From positions 352,001-416,000 of the forward strand of contig CAWEEQ010000004.1 in the NCBI GenBank assembly GCA_963808235.1: a stretch of 64,000 nucleotides of DNA, given 5' to 3'. The translations under genes and the position numbers were made by a program. A model generated the notes under the pieces. The model was not told where the DNA came from, did not search any database, and saw only the letters and a list, made by a program, of their open reading frames with translations. Positions 29,539 to 39,604 of this stretch are shown one piece after another; position 1 is the stretch's first letter, and every line of letters starts with the position of its first letter. The DNA comes from an uncultured delta proteobacterium. GTDB taxonomy: Bacteria; Desulfobacterota; Binatia; Binatales; Binataceae.

Positions 29539-32151
29539 CTAGAGATCAGTATCGGATCGCATCTTTTCCAAAATCTCTTCTGATTTAATCGGAGCTGGAT
29601 TCAACCGAGTGGTAGACGAACCAAATAGAGTATACGCTAGGCCCAGCGCATTGCCCTTTTTCATGAAATCCAGCCTGGTCTCCAGAATCGCTTCGCCGGC
29701 TTCCGCCCCGAGAGTCCACTTCCAGAGAAACTCTTTCGCGAAATGATGACCAAACAGAGAACGGGTGGAACATTCTGTTCCAACTACAGTGGACGCGCCG
29801 CGATTGATAAAAAAATGAATAAAGCTCTCGGCGAGAGATGGCGTTACCTGAGCTGATTCACACATGTTCAGGAACACCAACGGCTTATTGTGCAACTCGA
29901 TACTGTCGCCTAAGCGATAGAGCTCCCCTAGCAGCAGCATTCCGTTGGTCAGTTTGATCCATGAGTCATCGGAAACGTACTGCTTCTTGGAAATTTCCTC
30001 GACAGTATCGCTCCAACTTTTCTTCAGAAGCGAATCTGCTGGCAGATCTTGGAAAAGCTTGACAAAGTCTTCCTCAGTGACACCGAAGCGCGCAGCATTT
30101 GGTACCTTTGTGTGGCCGTGCGCGAAAAAATGAATCAAATGCCCGTTTCCTGACTGCAGGTATTTGAACGCGTCGGTTTTGTCATTGATCACGTTAGGCT
30201 GTGCTATCGAATCCGGACATAACTCAGCCAGACGTTGCAGTAGGTGCCTTTGCTTTCCGGACTCAGAAAACTGCCATAGTAGCAGCGTGGCTTGAAAGGG
30301 TTCGTCCTTATTCAGCGGCTCATCGACGGCGGTCGCTCTATTGCCCGGAATGCGCTGCTCAACGACATATCGTAGTCCCCAAAGTCGGCTGTAGTCAGGC
30401 TCAGAAGGATCTCCGTCATAGAGGAAATTCCAGGGAAGTACAAATTCAGGAGCGGATCCATGCGTGAGAGACTTGAATAATCGCACCGTGTGCGAGCGGA
30501 TGTTTTTTGAGCCATTCGCCAATTTTGTACAAGGATCCGGTAACGTCGTAATTGAAAATTTTGGTCCACAGATCGCTGCCTAGTTTGATAAGTTCTTGCG
30601 TACCTTGTGTAAATTTGTAGAAATCCGAACATTCCACACCGCTGTCGTAGCAAGGCCACAACGTAATCTCGAGCAACGTCTTACGTACCGCCAGGAGTCT
30701 GTCTTCCAAGTCATCTTTAGGAATCTGGACAAAACCAGTCAACGCCAGAAGGCGACCCTCTTCATTCGCATCACCGCTTTTGTCTTTCCGCAGAGTGAAG
30801 GTCAGTCTGTAACCTTGGTCGGTATGCGTTATGTCAACGTGCATGCTCGTGGCTTCACAACTTCGAGATCCTCAAAGGACTGTTCGACGCGCCCCTGCGA
30901 AAGATGCACGGCATCTGGCAGGTTGAGGTGTGAACGCTCGTCGGATTCATAAGGTCCTACGGCTTCAGCCCTGATCTCCATCACTTCGAGCAGGTTGAAC
31001 TCGTAGTAGAGCCGTACTCGCATTGACAGAAGATCTTGTGCCGCGAAAGTCGACCTCATTGGCTCAATATCAGCGAAGACGGCGTTTTGCTTCGGACTTG
31101 TACCTCCAGAAACCGGCAGGACCAGCTTCTGCACAGGATTGAGGATTTTGAAATCGCCAGGGTGTGCTTCTATTGTAACCAGGATGTCAACAGGGCCGGC
31201 TTGCTTCGGTTCGCGGATGGGTCTGTGCTTCTCTTCCGTCTTCAAGCCTTCGGGCCTGTGGCCTACAGAAACCTCCAGTTGGTACTTCTTGCTGACACGT
31301 AAAGGATTCTTTTGGTTGAGTTCCTTTCCGCGAACCCCCATGTCGCTCTGCAAGTAAAAGATAAAGTTTGCGTAGCGCGAAGGAGGAGGCTCTTTAGGTG
31401 GTTGAAAATCGGTCGCCGCCTGGTCGTCGGCATCCGACTGACTGCGCGTTTCTGACGAGGTGGCCCCAGGTGCCGCTTCCGCGGCTTCGTCGCCGAACTT
31501 AGCCGCCACTTCCGAGCCGCCTTCCTCGCCAATCTCAGCTGCCCTCACGCCGCCCACGCCGGCAACCGATACGTATTCCAGTTTGTCCTTCATTTGGCGG
31601 AAGCGAGTGTACAACTTCGAAGCGGAAGCTTTGTCGTTTTCAAGTAGCGGCGATTCCGCGCGAGCACCCTCTATCCCAATTTCTGGGAAGAGGCGCTGAT
31701 GCCATTGAAAAGTGTTCCCAAGTATTCGTTCCGTGTGCTCTGGAGCAAAGTCGTGGAACTCCACGAAAATCTCATTCCCCAAGGAAATGAAGTCGAACGT
31801 ATTCCTTGCGGTCTCAAGCCTATTGAGCAAATTGAGAGTCTCGACGAATTGCTCCCAATTCCGCCGGGTCGTGGACCGCTGAATCTGCTCAATGTTCTCG
31901 GAAAGTTTATCTAGTCCGGAATAAACAGTCTGAATGATCAGGCGATCGCGCAAGCGTCGAGAAGGACGCCGAGATAGCCAATCAATCGCTGTGTAACCAA
32001 CGGAGGAAGAGTCGGCCCAGAGTAACCCCTTTTCCAAGAGGCTGTCCCAAAGCGTTGCCTCCAGGGCGCCGTCGATGACCGTATCGCGAAGCCGCTTACG
32101 TGGCGGGCGCTCATGCCGTGAACCACGAATACGGAACTGAAATGCCCCCAT
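29539..32151 (-). CDS. CHAT (caspase-HetF) domain protease, ~870 aa, split by frameshifts at ~30845 and ~30470
   Basis: Three overlapping ORFs join with single-base insertions (KPR|MHVDIT and IIQVS|THGSAPEFVLPWNFLY); LPW motif, HFFAHG catalytic His, VFLNMCES catalytic Cys, GASTVVGT, LGLAYTLFG. Confidence 0.82.
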
Positions 32152-32951
32152 CGTCTCGTCTCCAGTCCGGGATCCTCTCGTCGTTTGGCAGCCGTGAAAG
32201 TAGCTCTATGGCGCTCGAAAGACAACGCGCGCTCATTGACTTCCGGTTGACACACCCCACGCCTCTCCTTGGCCTCGTTCTGGATCCGCTTGGATCAGGA
32301 AGCTCGCTCGCCCCACCGTACCCTGCTATCCGGCCCCTGCCCAAGGAAGTGTGAAACCCATGGGGGGTTTCACTACAATCAAGTTCTTCTCTCTCACGGC
32401 TGATCTCTGGACAGCTGAAGGCGCCGGCATCGAGCTGACTTACGCGCAGGGCAGGGTGGACACCGGGGTGGTCCTTCGACTCCGCAGACTTCGCTCAGGA
32501 TGACTCAATAATCGGAACACAAACTAACAAGAAATCACCGGCACAAAGCAGAACCCGCAAACAGCAACTTTCCTCCTCTAAACCCCTTCGAACAGGCGCT
32601 CCGCGCCGCATCTTCATTCCTCACTCAGGTGCAGGGGCTGGCCCCTGCCGAAGGAAGCCACCGTGGGTTTCACTACAATGAGTTCCGATCTCTCCGACCC
32701 CGTCTCACGCTCTTTGTTCTCTGTGGAACATCGCTGAAATTTAAATCGCGATCCCTTGTAGCGCACGGCACCGGTATCCTGTAGTGTCGAAGTTCGCGAC
32801 GGCAGCACATTGCGCTCCCCGCCTCCGACTCTGACGGAATCCCAGTAAAAAAAGGGAAAAGTGAAAATGTGCTGATGCTGGCGGTTGCCTGACGACGCTT
32901 GCGGGTCCTTAGGCGAGCTGAAGCATCATCCCCCCGTGCAGCCAATCAGGC

Positions 32952-33932
32952 ATGGCAGCGGCGGTGTGCCACGAAAACGAATATGACCGGTGGGAGAGGC
33001 GAATGGCAGCAGCTTTCAGGACGTCGAGCACGATTGAAAACACAAAGACCGCGCCGTGGGAGATGCCGTGGTGGCATGCCTTTCCCGCCCGCGATGCGTC
33101 CATACTGTTCTGGGTCTTACTGATACACATCACGGCCGCCGTCGGGCTCGTCCTCTATCCGCTCCCCGGATGGCGCGTGCTTCTCGGCGCGATTGCGCTG
33201 GTCTTCATCGGCGGACTCGGCACCACGGTCGGTTATCATCGCGCGATTGCGCATCGCTCGGTCACGCTCAATCCATGGGCGCGCGGAGTGCTGATTTTCT
33301 TCGCGATGTTCAACGGCTCGGGCGCGCCGACTACGTGGGCCGCCGGCCATCGCCTGCATCACGCCAAGGCTGATACTCCGGACGACATCTCGAGCCCCAT
33401 TTGGGGCGGTTTCTGGTGGGCGCATCTGCGATGGCTATGGCAGGCAGGCGAGCCGCCGGTCGATCGCTACTGCCCCGATCTCAACGGTCTTTCGTATCGC
33501 GCCTGGCGATGGTTCCAGGTTCCGATTCTGACGCTTTCATATCTGGGCGGTTTGTATTTCAGCCCGGTCGCGTTTTTCTGGCTCGGCGCGATCCGCCTAT
33601 GCTTCGGGCTGCACGCGCAATGTTTCGTCAATAGTGTGTGCCACACCGAACCGGGAATCGCGATCGGCCAGGATTCCAGCCGCAACGTAAAATGGCTCGC
33701 GCTGATGCATTTGTTCCAGGGCGAAAACTGGCATCGCAACCATCACGCGCGGCCCGGCTCAGCGCGTCTCGGATGGACCTGGCGCCAGCCCGACGCCGGC
33801 TACCTGCTGATCCTGGCGTTGGAGAAATTCGGACTTGCGACCGACGTCCGCCACGGCACTCCGCACGGCAAGAGTCGGCAAGGCTCGATGGAACCGGTAG
33901 ATCCCGCAGAAATCCTCGATCCCGCTGCCTGA
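32952..33932 (+). CDS. Membrane fatty acid (delta-9-like) desaturase
   Basis: His boxes HRAIAH, HRLHH, GENWHRNHH; VNSVCH. Confidence 0.9.
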   Translation: MAAAVCHENEYDRWERRMAAAFRTSSTIENTKTAPWEMPWWHAFPARDASILFWVLLIHITAAVGLVLYPLPGWRVLLGAIALVFIGGLGTTVGYHRAIAHRSVTLNPWARGVLIFFAMFNGSGAPTTWAAGHRLHHAKADTPDDISSPIWGGFWWAHLRWLWQAGEPPVDRYCPDLNGLSYRAWRWFQVPILTLSYLGGLYFSPVAFFWLGAIRLCFGLHAQCFVNSVCHTEPGIAIGQDSSRNVKWLALMHLFQGENWHRNHHARPGSARLGWTWRQPDAGYLLILALEKFGLATDVRHGTPHGKSRQGSMEPVDPAEILDPAA

Positions 33933-34022
33933 TCGCGAACCTTTCCGGACGTTCACTTTCTGCTCAAGAAAAGAGCGTAACCCGCTCCGCCTGCCTGCGT
34001 ATTCCATGATTAGGGGAACACA

Positions 34023-34139
34023 ATGAACACTGTGGGCTTTGCATTCGCGGCGATCATCTCAACGATCATAATGTTCGGGACCGTGATGGCGGCGCATGCG
34101 AATGCCGTCTCGTCGGTCCTGGGCGTGTGGATCTTTTGA
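34023..34139 (+). CDS. Small hydrophobic 38-aa protein
   Basis: MNTVGFAFAAIISTIIMFGTVMAAHANAVSSVLGVWIF; AGGGGA RBS; fills the intergenic gap. Confidence 0.5.
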   Translation: MNTVGFAFAAIISTIIMFGTVMAAHANAVSSVLGVWIF

Positions 34140-34154
34140 TCTGTTCGCGACGCT

Positions 34155-34595
34155 TTAGTCAGGGACTTTCGCGGCGAGGTTCAGCAGTTCCTGCAAAGTC
34201 TGATTGAAGCGGTAGAACTTGTCCTCGCGCAATTGATCGGTCGATTCGAGCCACAACTCCTCGCCCACCAGAGCAAGCGAACTCAACGTATGCCGCAGTT
34301 GCGGGCGGCCGTTCGCGGTGATCTCGCCGAGCATTCGATCCCAGATCTCGCGCTTGCCGCAAATGACGAAGTCAGGGTCGTACTCGTTCAGATCTTCGAC
34401 CGGTTTCGCCTCGGTTAGTTGATAGCCGTCGATCACCAGGCCAACGATTTGATCGCCGCCGTTCGACATGTTGTTGGGAACGACTCGCACCGCAAATCGC
34501 GTCTCGGCGTAACCGAGCCGTCGGAAGAGTTCACCCTCGGCCTGCATCAGTTGGCCGAGGGTGATGAACCAGCGTGAATCAGGAAATGAGGGCAT
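34155..34595 (-). CDS. SCP2-like (sterol carrier) domain protein
   Basis: FPDSRWF N-terminus and DPDFVICG..IW, typical of SCP2-like folds; overlaps the upstream gene. Confidence 0.55.
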   Translation of the reverse strand: MPSFPDSRWFITLGQLMQAEGELFRRLGYAETRFAVRVVPNNMSNGGDQIVGLVIDGYQLTEAKPVEDLNEYDPDFVICGKREIWDRMLGEITANGRPQLRHTLSSLALVGEELWLESTDQLREDKFYRFNQTLQELLNLAAKVPD

Positions 34596-35712
34596 CGGGT
34601 GCTTCGAAGAGTTTGTTGAAGTCAGTCGGCAGGATGCATCGCGGACGCCGGTCGAGTCCGGCCGAGTCGCATCGCTGCAGATATTCGTGGACGATTCGGC
34701 GCCACAACTGTCCCTGCAATTCCATCCCCTTGTCGAAGTTTTTGATTCCGCCGCCCATCAGGATCGCCATCGGCTCGACCGCCTCGGGCACGCTGAAGGT
34801 CTCGAGCAAAATCCGCTCGGCGTCGTCGAGCTGTTCGTGGAGTTCTTCGGCGACAGCGGGATTTGCCTTGAGCTGCGCGCGCAGATGCATCGTGCCGAAT
34901 CCGACGTGGCGCGATTCGTCCTGCATGCATCGCCGGAAGATTTCCTGATCGACACGGCTCGGCGCGATGAACTCGCCCTGGCGGAACATCGTGAGCACGA
35001 ATCCTTCGCCGAGCAATTGGAGGCGGCCGGTCTGCGCGGAGAAGCTCGGGCAATCGAAGATTCGTTTCAGCGAGAGCTCGCTCAGCACGCTGGCTTTGCC
35101 GAGACCGCCGCCGTTGGCGAGTGCGCGCTTGCGGAACACGTCCATGTGCCGCGCCTCGTCCATCGCCTGCGTGGCGAGAAACATTTTCACTTCGAAGTAG
35201 TCGTGATTCATCTGACCCATCCATCGCGTCGGCGCGTCGGCCGCGATGAACTCGACCTCGGTCAGAAAAGTGCATAGCTGGCACATCGCGCGCTCGAGGT
35301 CGTCGGGCAACGGCTTCAGCTCCGTCCACGGGATGTCGCGCGCCGAGCTCCATTGCCGCGCGACCGCCTCTTCGTACAACTCGGAAACGTTGTCGGCCCA
35401 GCACTCGGCCTTTTCGTTGATCGTAAATCCGAGCGAGGGCAGGCCGTCGGGAATCATCGCGCCGCGCGGCGCCATCGAGCGATGCGCTCCGCCGTGCTCG
35501 GGCACGATTCCGTAGCTGCCGATCTCGATGTCCTTCAGTCGGAGTCCGAGGTTGCCGGGCTTGGCGCGCACGCCCCATTCGCCCATCTGGTCCATCCAGC
35601 CGAGGTCAGGAGTGCCTGACTGGTAGAGCTTTTGCAGATAGACCGAAGGTTCAAGCTTTACTTTAGCTTCCGAACCGACCCGTTCTTCATCCTTGATGTG
35701 CACCGCACCCAT
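34579..35712 (-). CDS. Ferritin-like diiron carboxylate protein
   Basis: LTEVE, DEARH, GEG, DESRH paired ExxH motifs. Confidence 0.85.
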   Translation of the reverse strand: MGAVHIKDEERVGSEAKVKLEPSVYLQKLYQSGTPDLGWMDQMGEWGVRAKPGNLGLRLKDIEIGSYGIVPEHGGAHRSMAPRGAMIPDGLPSLGFTINEKAECWADNVSELYEEAVARQWSSARDIPWTELKPLPDDLERAMCQLCTFLTEVEFIAADAPTRWMGQMNHDYFEVKMFLATQAMDEARHMDVFRKRALANGGGLGKASVLSELSLKRIFDCPSFSAQTGRLQLLGEGFVLTMFRQGEFIAPSRVDQEIFRRCMQDESRHVGFGTMHLRAQLKANPAVAEELHEQLDDAERILLETFSVPEAVEPMAILMGGGIKNFDKGMELQGQLWRRIVHEYLQRCDSAGLDRRPRCILPTDFNKLFEAPDALIS

Positions 35713-35915
35713 CGAGTGGCCTCCTGACTCGCGATCGCGCCGCGAGCCGATATCAAACGGGCTATCAGAAGCATTTCCAGATTGTCAATCCGTGCCGGTT
35801 GCGGGCAGCGAAAATCGCTGGAGTTTTACTTAGTCGCGCCGCGATGCTTTTGTAAAACCGTCAAACCAACTCGCGCACGGGGGGAGCGCCTCACCGCTCG
35901 GATGGAGGACGCATC

Positions 35916-36359
35916 GTGTCGATACTTTCGGAGTTCAAGCAGTTCGCAATCAAGGGGAACGTGATCGATCTCGCGGTTGGATTCGTCGTCGGCGCGGCGT
36001 TTGGGAAAATCGTGACGTCGTTCACCACCGACATCCTGATGCCGCCGATTGGGCTCGCGCTGGGCGCGGTTGATTTCTCAAACCTGTTCATTAATCTTTC
36101 GTCGAAGAGTTATCCGACCATTGCGGCGGCGAAGGCGGCTGGCGCGCCGACGCTGAACGTCGGATTGTTCATCAATACGATCATCGACTTTGTGATAATC
36201 GCATTCGCGGTTTTTTTACTCGTGAAGTGGGTAAATCATTTGACCGGCGCCGACAAGCCCGCACCGGTCAGGACCAAGGACTGCCCGTATTGTCTGAGCG
36301 CGATTCCGCTCGGCGCGACGCGCTGCCCGCATTGCACTTCTGAGCTGCAGGCGGCGTAG
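35916..36359 (+). CDS. mscL: Large-conductance mechanosensitive channel with C-terminal Zn ribbon
   Basis: [17 protein letters not shown]...AFGKIV; CPYC...CPHC tail. Confidence 0.95.
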   Translation: MSILSEFKQFAIKGNVIDLAVGFVVGAAFGKIVTSFTTDILMPPIGLALGAVDFSNLFINLSSKSYPTIAAAKAAGAPTLNVGLFINTIIDFVIIAFAVFLLVKWVNHLTGADKPAPVRTKDCPYCLSAIPLGATRCPHCTSELQAA

Positions 36360-36391
36360 TCCCGGCCAGAGTTCATCGCGGACGAAAGGAA

Positions 36392-36418
36392 GCGGGCGCG
36401 TGCATCGCACGCGCCCGC
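36392..36418. terminator. Hairpin between convergent genes
   Basis: GCGGGCGCGTGC-ATC-GCACGCGCCCGC. Confidence 0.7.
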
Positions 36419-36443
36419 CTTCGATCCGTATCTAACGATCGCT

Positions 36444-38081
36444 TTACTTGTGGCTGCCGGTCACCAATCCAGTATCTGGATCCAGGAATACCTGGTGGCG
36501 ATGGCCCGGGTTTACCTTCTGTGTAAAGTCGAACATGTTCTCGATCGATCCCGAAATTGCGTCAAAGGAACCGTTGCCGATCCCACCGAGCGCCCAATTT
36601 TCCTCGATGAAGTGAATGATCGAGCTCTGGTCGGTCAGAGTGTTATCGACGAAGTTCGTCTTCGCGTACGGCGAGATCACCAGCATCGGGATTCGCGGAC
36701 CATAGCCGCAGCGGCCGTTGATGCCACCCAGGGGAGTGCCGTTGCCGCACTTGCCGACTCCGTTGAGCTCATCGCTGTCGGCGGCGGTGGTCTGTGAGAC
36801 CGCGGACGAATTGATAATCGGACCGATCTGATGGTCGTACCATCCGTCGGAATCATCCCAGGTGATCACGACCGCCGTGCTGTCCCAGAACTCGGAGCTC
36901 TGGACCGCGTTGATGACGCTGACCACGAATTGCTGCTCCATCAGCGGATCGGAGTAGCCCGCGTGACCGTCCATATTGGCCGGGGCCTTGAGGAAACTGA
37001 CCGCAGGCAAGTTGTTTGCATTGAGCGCGTCGAAGAAGTCGTGGGTGTCGTAATTGTGGTTGGCGGTATCAGTGGGTGAACCGAACATGCCGTACTGGCT
37101 GGGCGAAACGCTCGGACGGGTATGATTCGGGTTCGCGGTGCTGGGCCAATAATTGAAGAAAGAATGATGCGGGATGTAGTCGGCGGTAAAATTGTCCGGA
37201 CCTGGAGGAATCGTGAGGCTGTTCGCAGCAGTTGCGAGACTCGAGCGCGCGCATCCGGATGTTCCATTGGGATTGGTGACGGTCAAATCGAAACCGCCCA
37301 TGAACGAAGCCCAACTCAACCCCGCCGCGGTCAACAGGTCGCCGATGTTCTGCCCGCCCATCTGAACCGTGAGAGTCTTGCTCGAGCACACGTCGCCCGC
37401 AGGATCGATGTCGCCGACTAGTGTACCGTCCACTACCTTTTGCGATGACCCGATGACGAGCGTCGCGGGATGGGTGTTGCCGGAGATCAGGTTCATCACG
37501 CCGGGCGTTGACGGCCCGAAAGTGGTGCCGTAGAAATTGTCGTTCAGCGCGTAGTTCTGCGCGTAGTTCCACATCGCGGTGACGGTGTTGCCGTCGAAGT
37601 ATCCCATCACGAGGCCATTGCCCTTGCCGTACGAGTAGTTGTCGAGGCAGAACGGGCCGTCGCCGTCTCCGACTTTCAGCGGGAACAGATCCATCAGCCC
37701 CATGTCGAAGGCCGCCTGCTCGTCGCCGTAGTTGTGATCCTGGTCGCAGGTCGACGCCTGGTTACGGCCGAGAAGAAATGGATTGATGGCGTTGGTGCCG
37801 TTGGCGGCGTTGAGAAAGTTCGGATTGTTGGTCAGGAGCGAGCTGGTCAGTCCGTTGACGGTCGGGGTTCCGGGTTGCGCGACGAACTGCGGGTCGCCCG
37901 GCGGCGGTTAGTCGCGTTTGGATAGCTCCCGAAGTAATGATCGAACGAGACGTTTTCCTGAAAGATCACCACGACGTGCTGGATGGGTGTGGCCGGCCCC
38001 GCCGCCAGTCACCGTACCACAGCAGATCGCGATGATCGCGAGCGCACCGGTGGCGCGCGCGAGCAACTTTCTTCCTCGCAT
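36444..38081 (-). CDS. Secreted phospholipase C / acid phosphatase (phosphoesterase family), two compensating frameshifts (~38010, ~37905)
   Basis: Signal peptide; TPIQHVVVIFQENVSFDHYFG, FGPSTPG, DGHAGYSD, DDSDGWYDH, GYGPRIP. Confidence 0.88.
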
Positions 38082-38255
38082 ATTGAGTGTTCCTCCGTTT
38101 AGTGATGTTTGCGCGCGGACGAAATTGATCCGCGAGGTGCGCACACTAACCGGGGTATGTGACGGTGCGATGAATGAGATTTTTCGACACGATCAATTTC
38201 GTGTGAAGCGTGCGCTTCTTTTTGACGTTCGTCTCAACACGAACGCGCAGCGATG

Positions 38256-39515
38256 CTAGAAGCCGGCGTGCGCGACGTCGGCGATCGCTTTCGCGGCTCG
38301 CTCGCATATCTCGCTCAACATCTCGTCGGTGATCACGGTGGACAGAGCGATCATCCCGCGCGGCGCGAGGAAGAGACCGTTGTTGAGCGCGGCTAGGTGG
38401 AAGCTCGAGATTGTGCGCGAGTCTTCGCGCGCGACGGTCGGGGGCGGCGGCTCCTTCAGAAAAAATACATTCAGCAACGATCCGTAAGCGCGCACTGAGA
38501 ACGGCAGCTCGGCATGACGCGCCGCTCGTGAGAGCTCGGCGCCGAGGCGCTCGGCCTGCGCAGCCATCTTGTCGATGCGCGCCTGGGTCAGTTCGCGCAC
38601 CGATACGATTCCGGCGGCGCAGGTGATCGGATTGCCGTTGAAGGTGCCCGCATGGAACATCGAGCCGCGGTTGCGCGGATCGAAAGATGACATCACTTCC
38701 TCGGAGCCGCCGAGCGCACCAACGGGAAAACCGCCGCCGACGATCTTGCCAAGCATCGTGAGGTCGGGCTTGACGTCGAAGATCCGTTGCGCGCCGCCTT
38801 CGTTCAGGCGCAGCGTGATCACTTCATCGAGGATGAACAGTGCGCCCGCGCGGTGCGCCGCTTCGGCGACCCGGGAGAGAAATCCTTCCTGCGGCTCGAC
38901 GATGCCCGCGGAACCCAGGATCGGCTCGAGGAAGACTGCGGCAATTTCCGAGCCGCGTTCCGAGAGCAGCGCCTCGAACGCAGTCGCCTCGCCAAAGTCG
39001 GCGAGCATCGTGCGCTCGCCGTCCTGGCCGCCGAGGCCGACTTCCAGATCATCGTAAGAGCCGTGATATCCGTAGCGCGCCATCAAGATGAGCTTGCGGC
39101 CGGTGAGCCGTCGCGCGACTTGCACCGCGAGCATCCCGGCTTCGGTTCCCGAATTGCAGAATCGTACCCGATCGATCGACTCGACCCGTTCGCAAATGAG
39201 CGACGCGAGTTCGACCTGCGCCTGCGAACGCGCCGGCCATGCACTGCCGTCGCGCACGGCCCTGGTGACCGCCTCGACGATCGGCGGATACGCGTTGCCG
39301 TGAACGAGGCTCGTGTAGTTGCCGAGCAGATCGATGTACTGATTGCCGTCAACGTCCCAGACGAACGCGCCTTCGCCGCGCGCAATGGTCAGCGGATAAG
39401 GCCGATAGTAAGTAGTGGTGCGGGTGTCGCCGCCGGGCATGACGCGCTCGGCGCGCTTGCAGAGCTCCGCCGACTTCGCTGTCGCCGCGCGGTAGCGTTC
39501 CTCAACAGCATTCAT
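38256..39515 (-). CDS. Class III aminotransferase (glutamate-1-semialdehyde aminomutase-like)
   Basis: FCNSGTEA, YHG, ILDEVIT, LGKIVGGGFPVG, HAGTFNGNP. Confidence 0.9.
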   Translation of the reverse strand: MNAVEERYRAATAKSAELCKRAERVMPGGDTRTTTYYRPYPLTIARGEGAFVWDVDGNQYIDLLGNYTSLVHGNAYPPIVEAVTRAVRDGSAWPARSQAQVELASLICERVESIDRVRFCNSGTEAGMLAVQVARRLTGRKLILMARYGYHGSYDDLEVGLGGQDGERTMLADFGEATAFEALLSERGSEIAAVFLEPILGSAGIVEPQEGFLSRVAEAAHRAGALFILDEVITLRLNEGGAQRIFDVKPDLTMLGKIVGGGFPVGALGGSEEVMSSFDPRNRGSMFHAGTFNGNPITCAAGIVSVRELTQARIDKMAAQAERLGAELSRAARHAELPFSVRAYGSLLNVFFLKEPPPPTVAREDSRTISSFHLAALNNGLFLAPRGMIALSTVITDEMLSEICERAAKAIADVAHAGF

Positions 39516-39604
39516 CGTCTTATCCCCCCGAATCTCACCGGCTCCAACACGCCCGTGGTAATTATTACCCGGCCCATCATTTCCGCCCATCCGGCGGACA
39601 CGAG

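Larger units (their letters stand above)
27239..32504. repeat. REP-like family GTCATYCYGAGCG(C/A)AG, dispersed copies
   Basis: Copies near 27239, 28646, 28728, 28904 and a reverse copy CTTCGCTCAGGATGAC ending at 32504. Confidence 0.65.
28798..32685. repeat. Hairpin repeat in three copies flanking the CHAT island
   Basis: 28798-28827 is the reverse complement of 32345-32374 (25/30 identical); a partial direct copy lies at 32640-32685. Confidence 0.7.
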
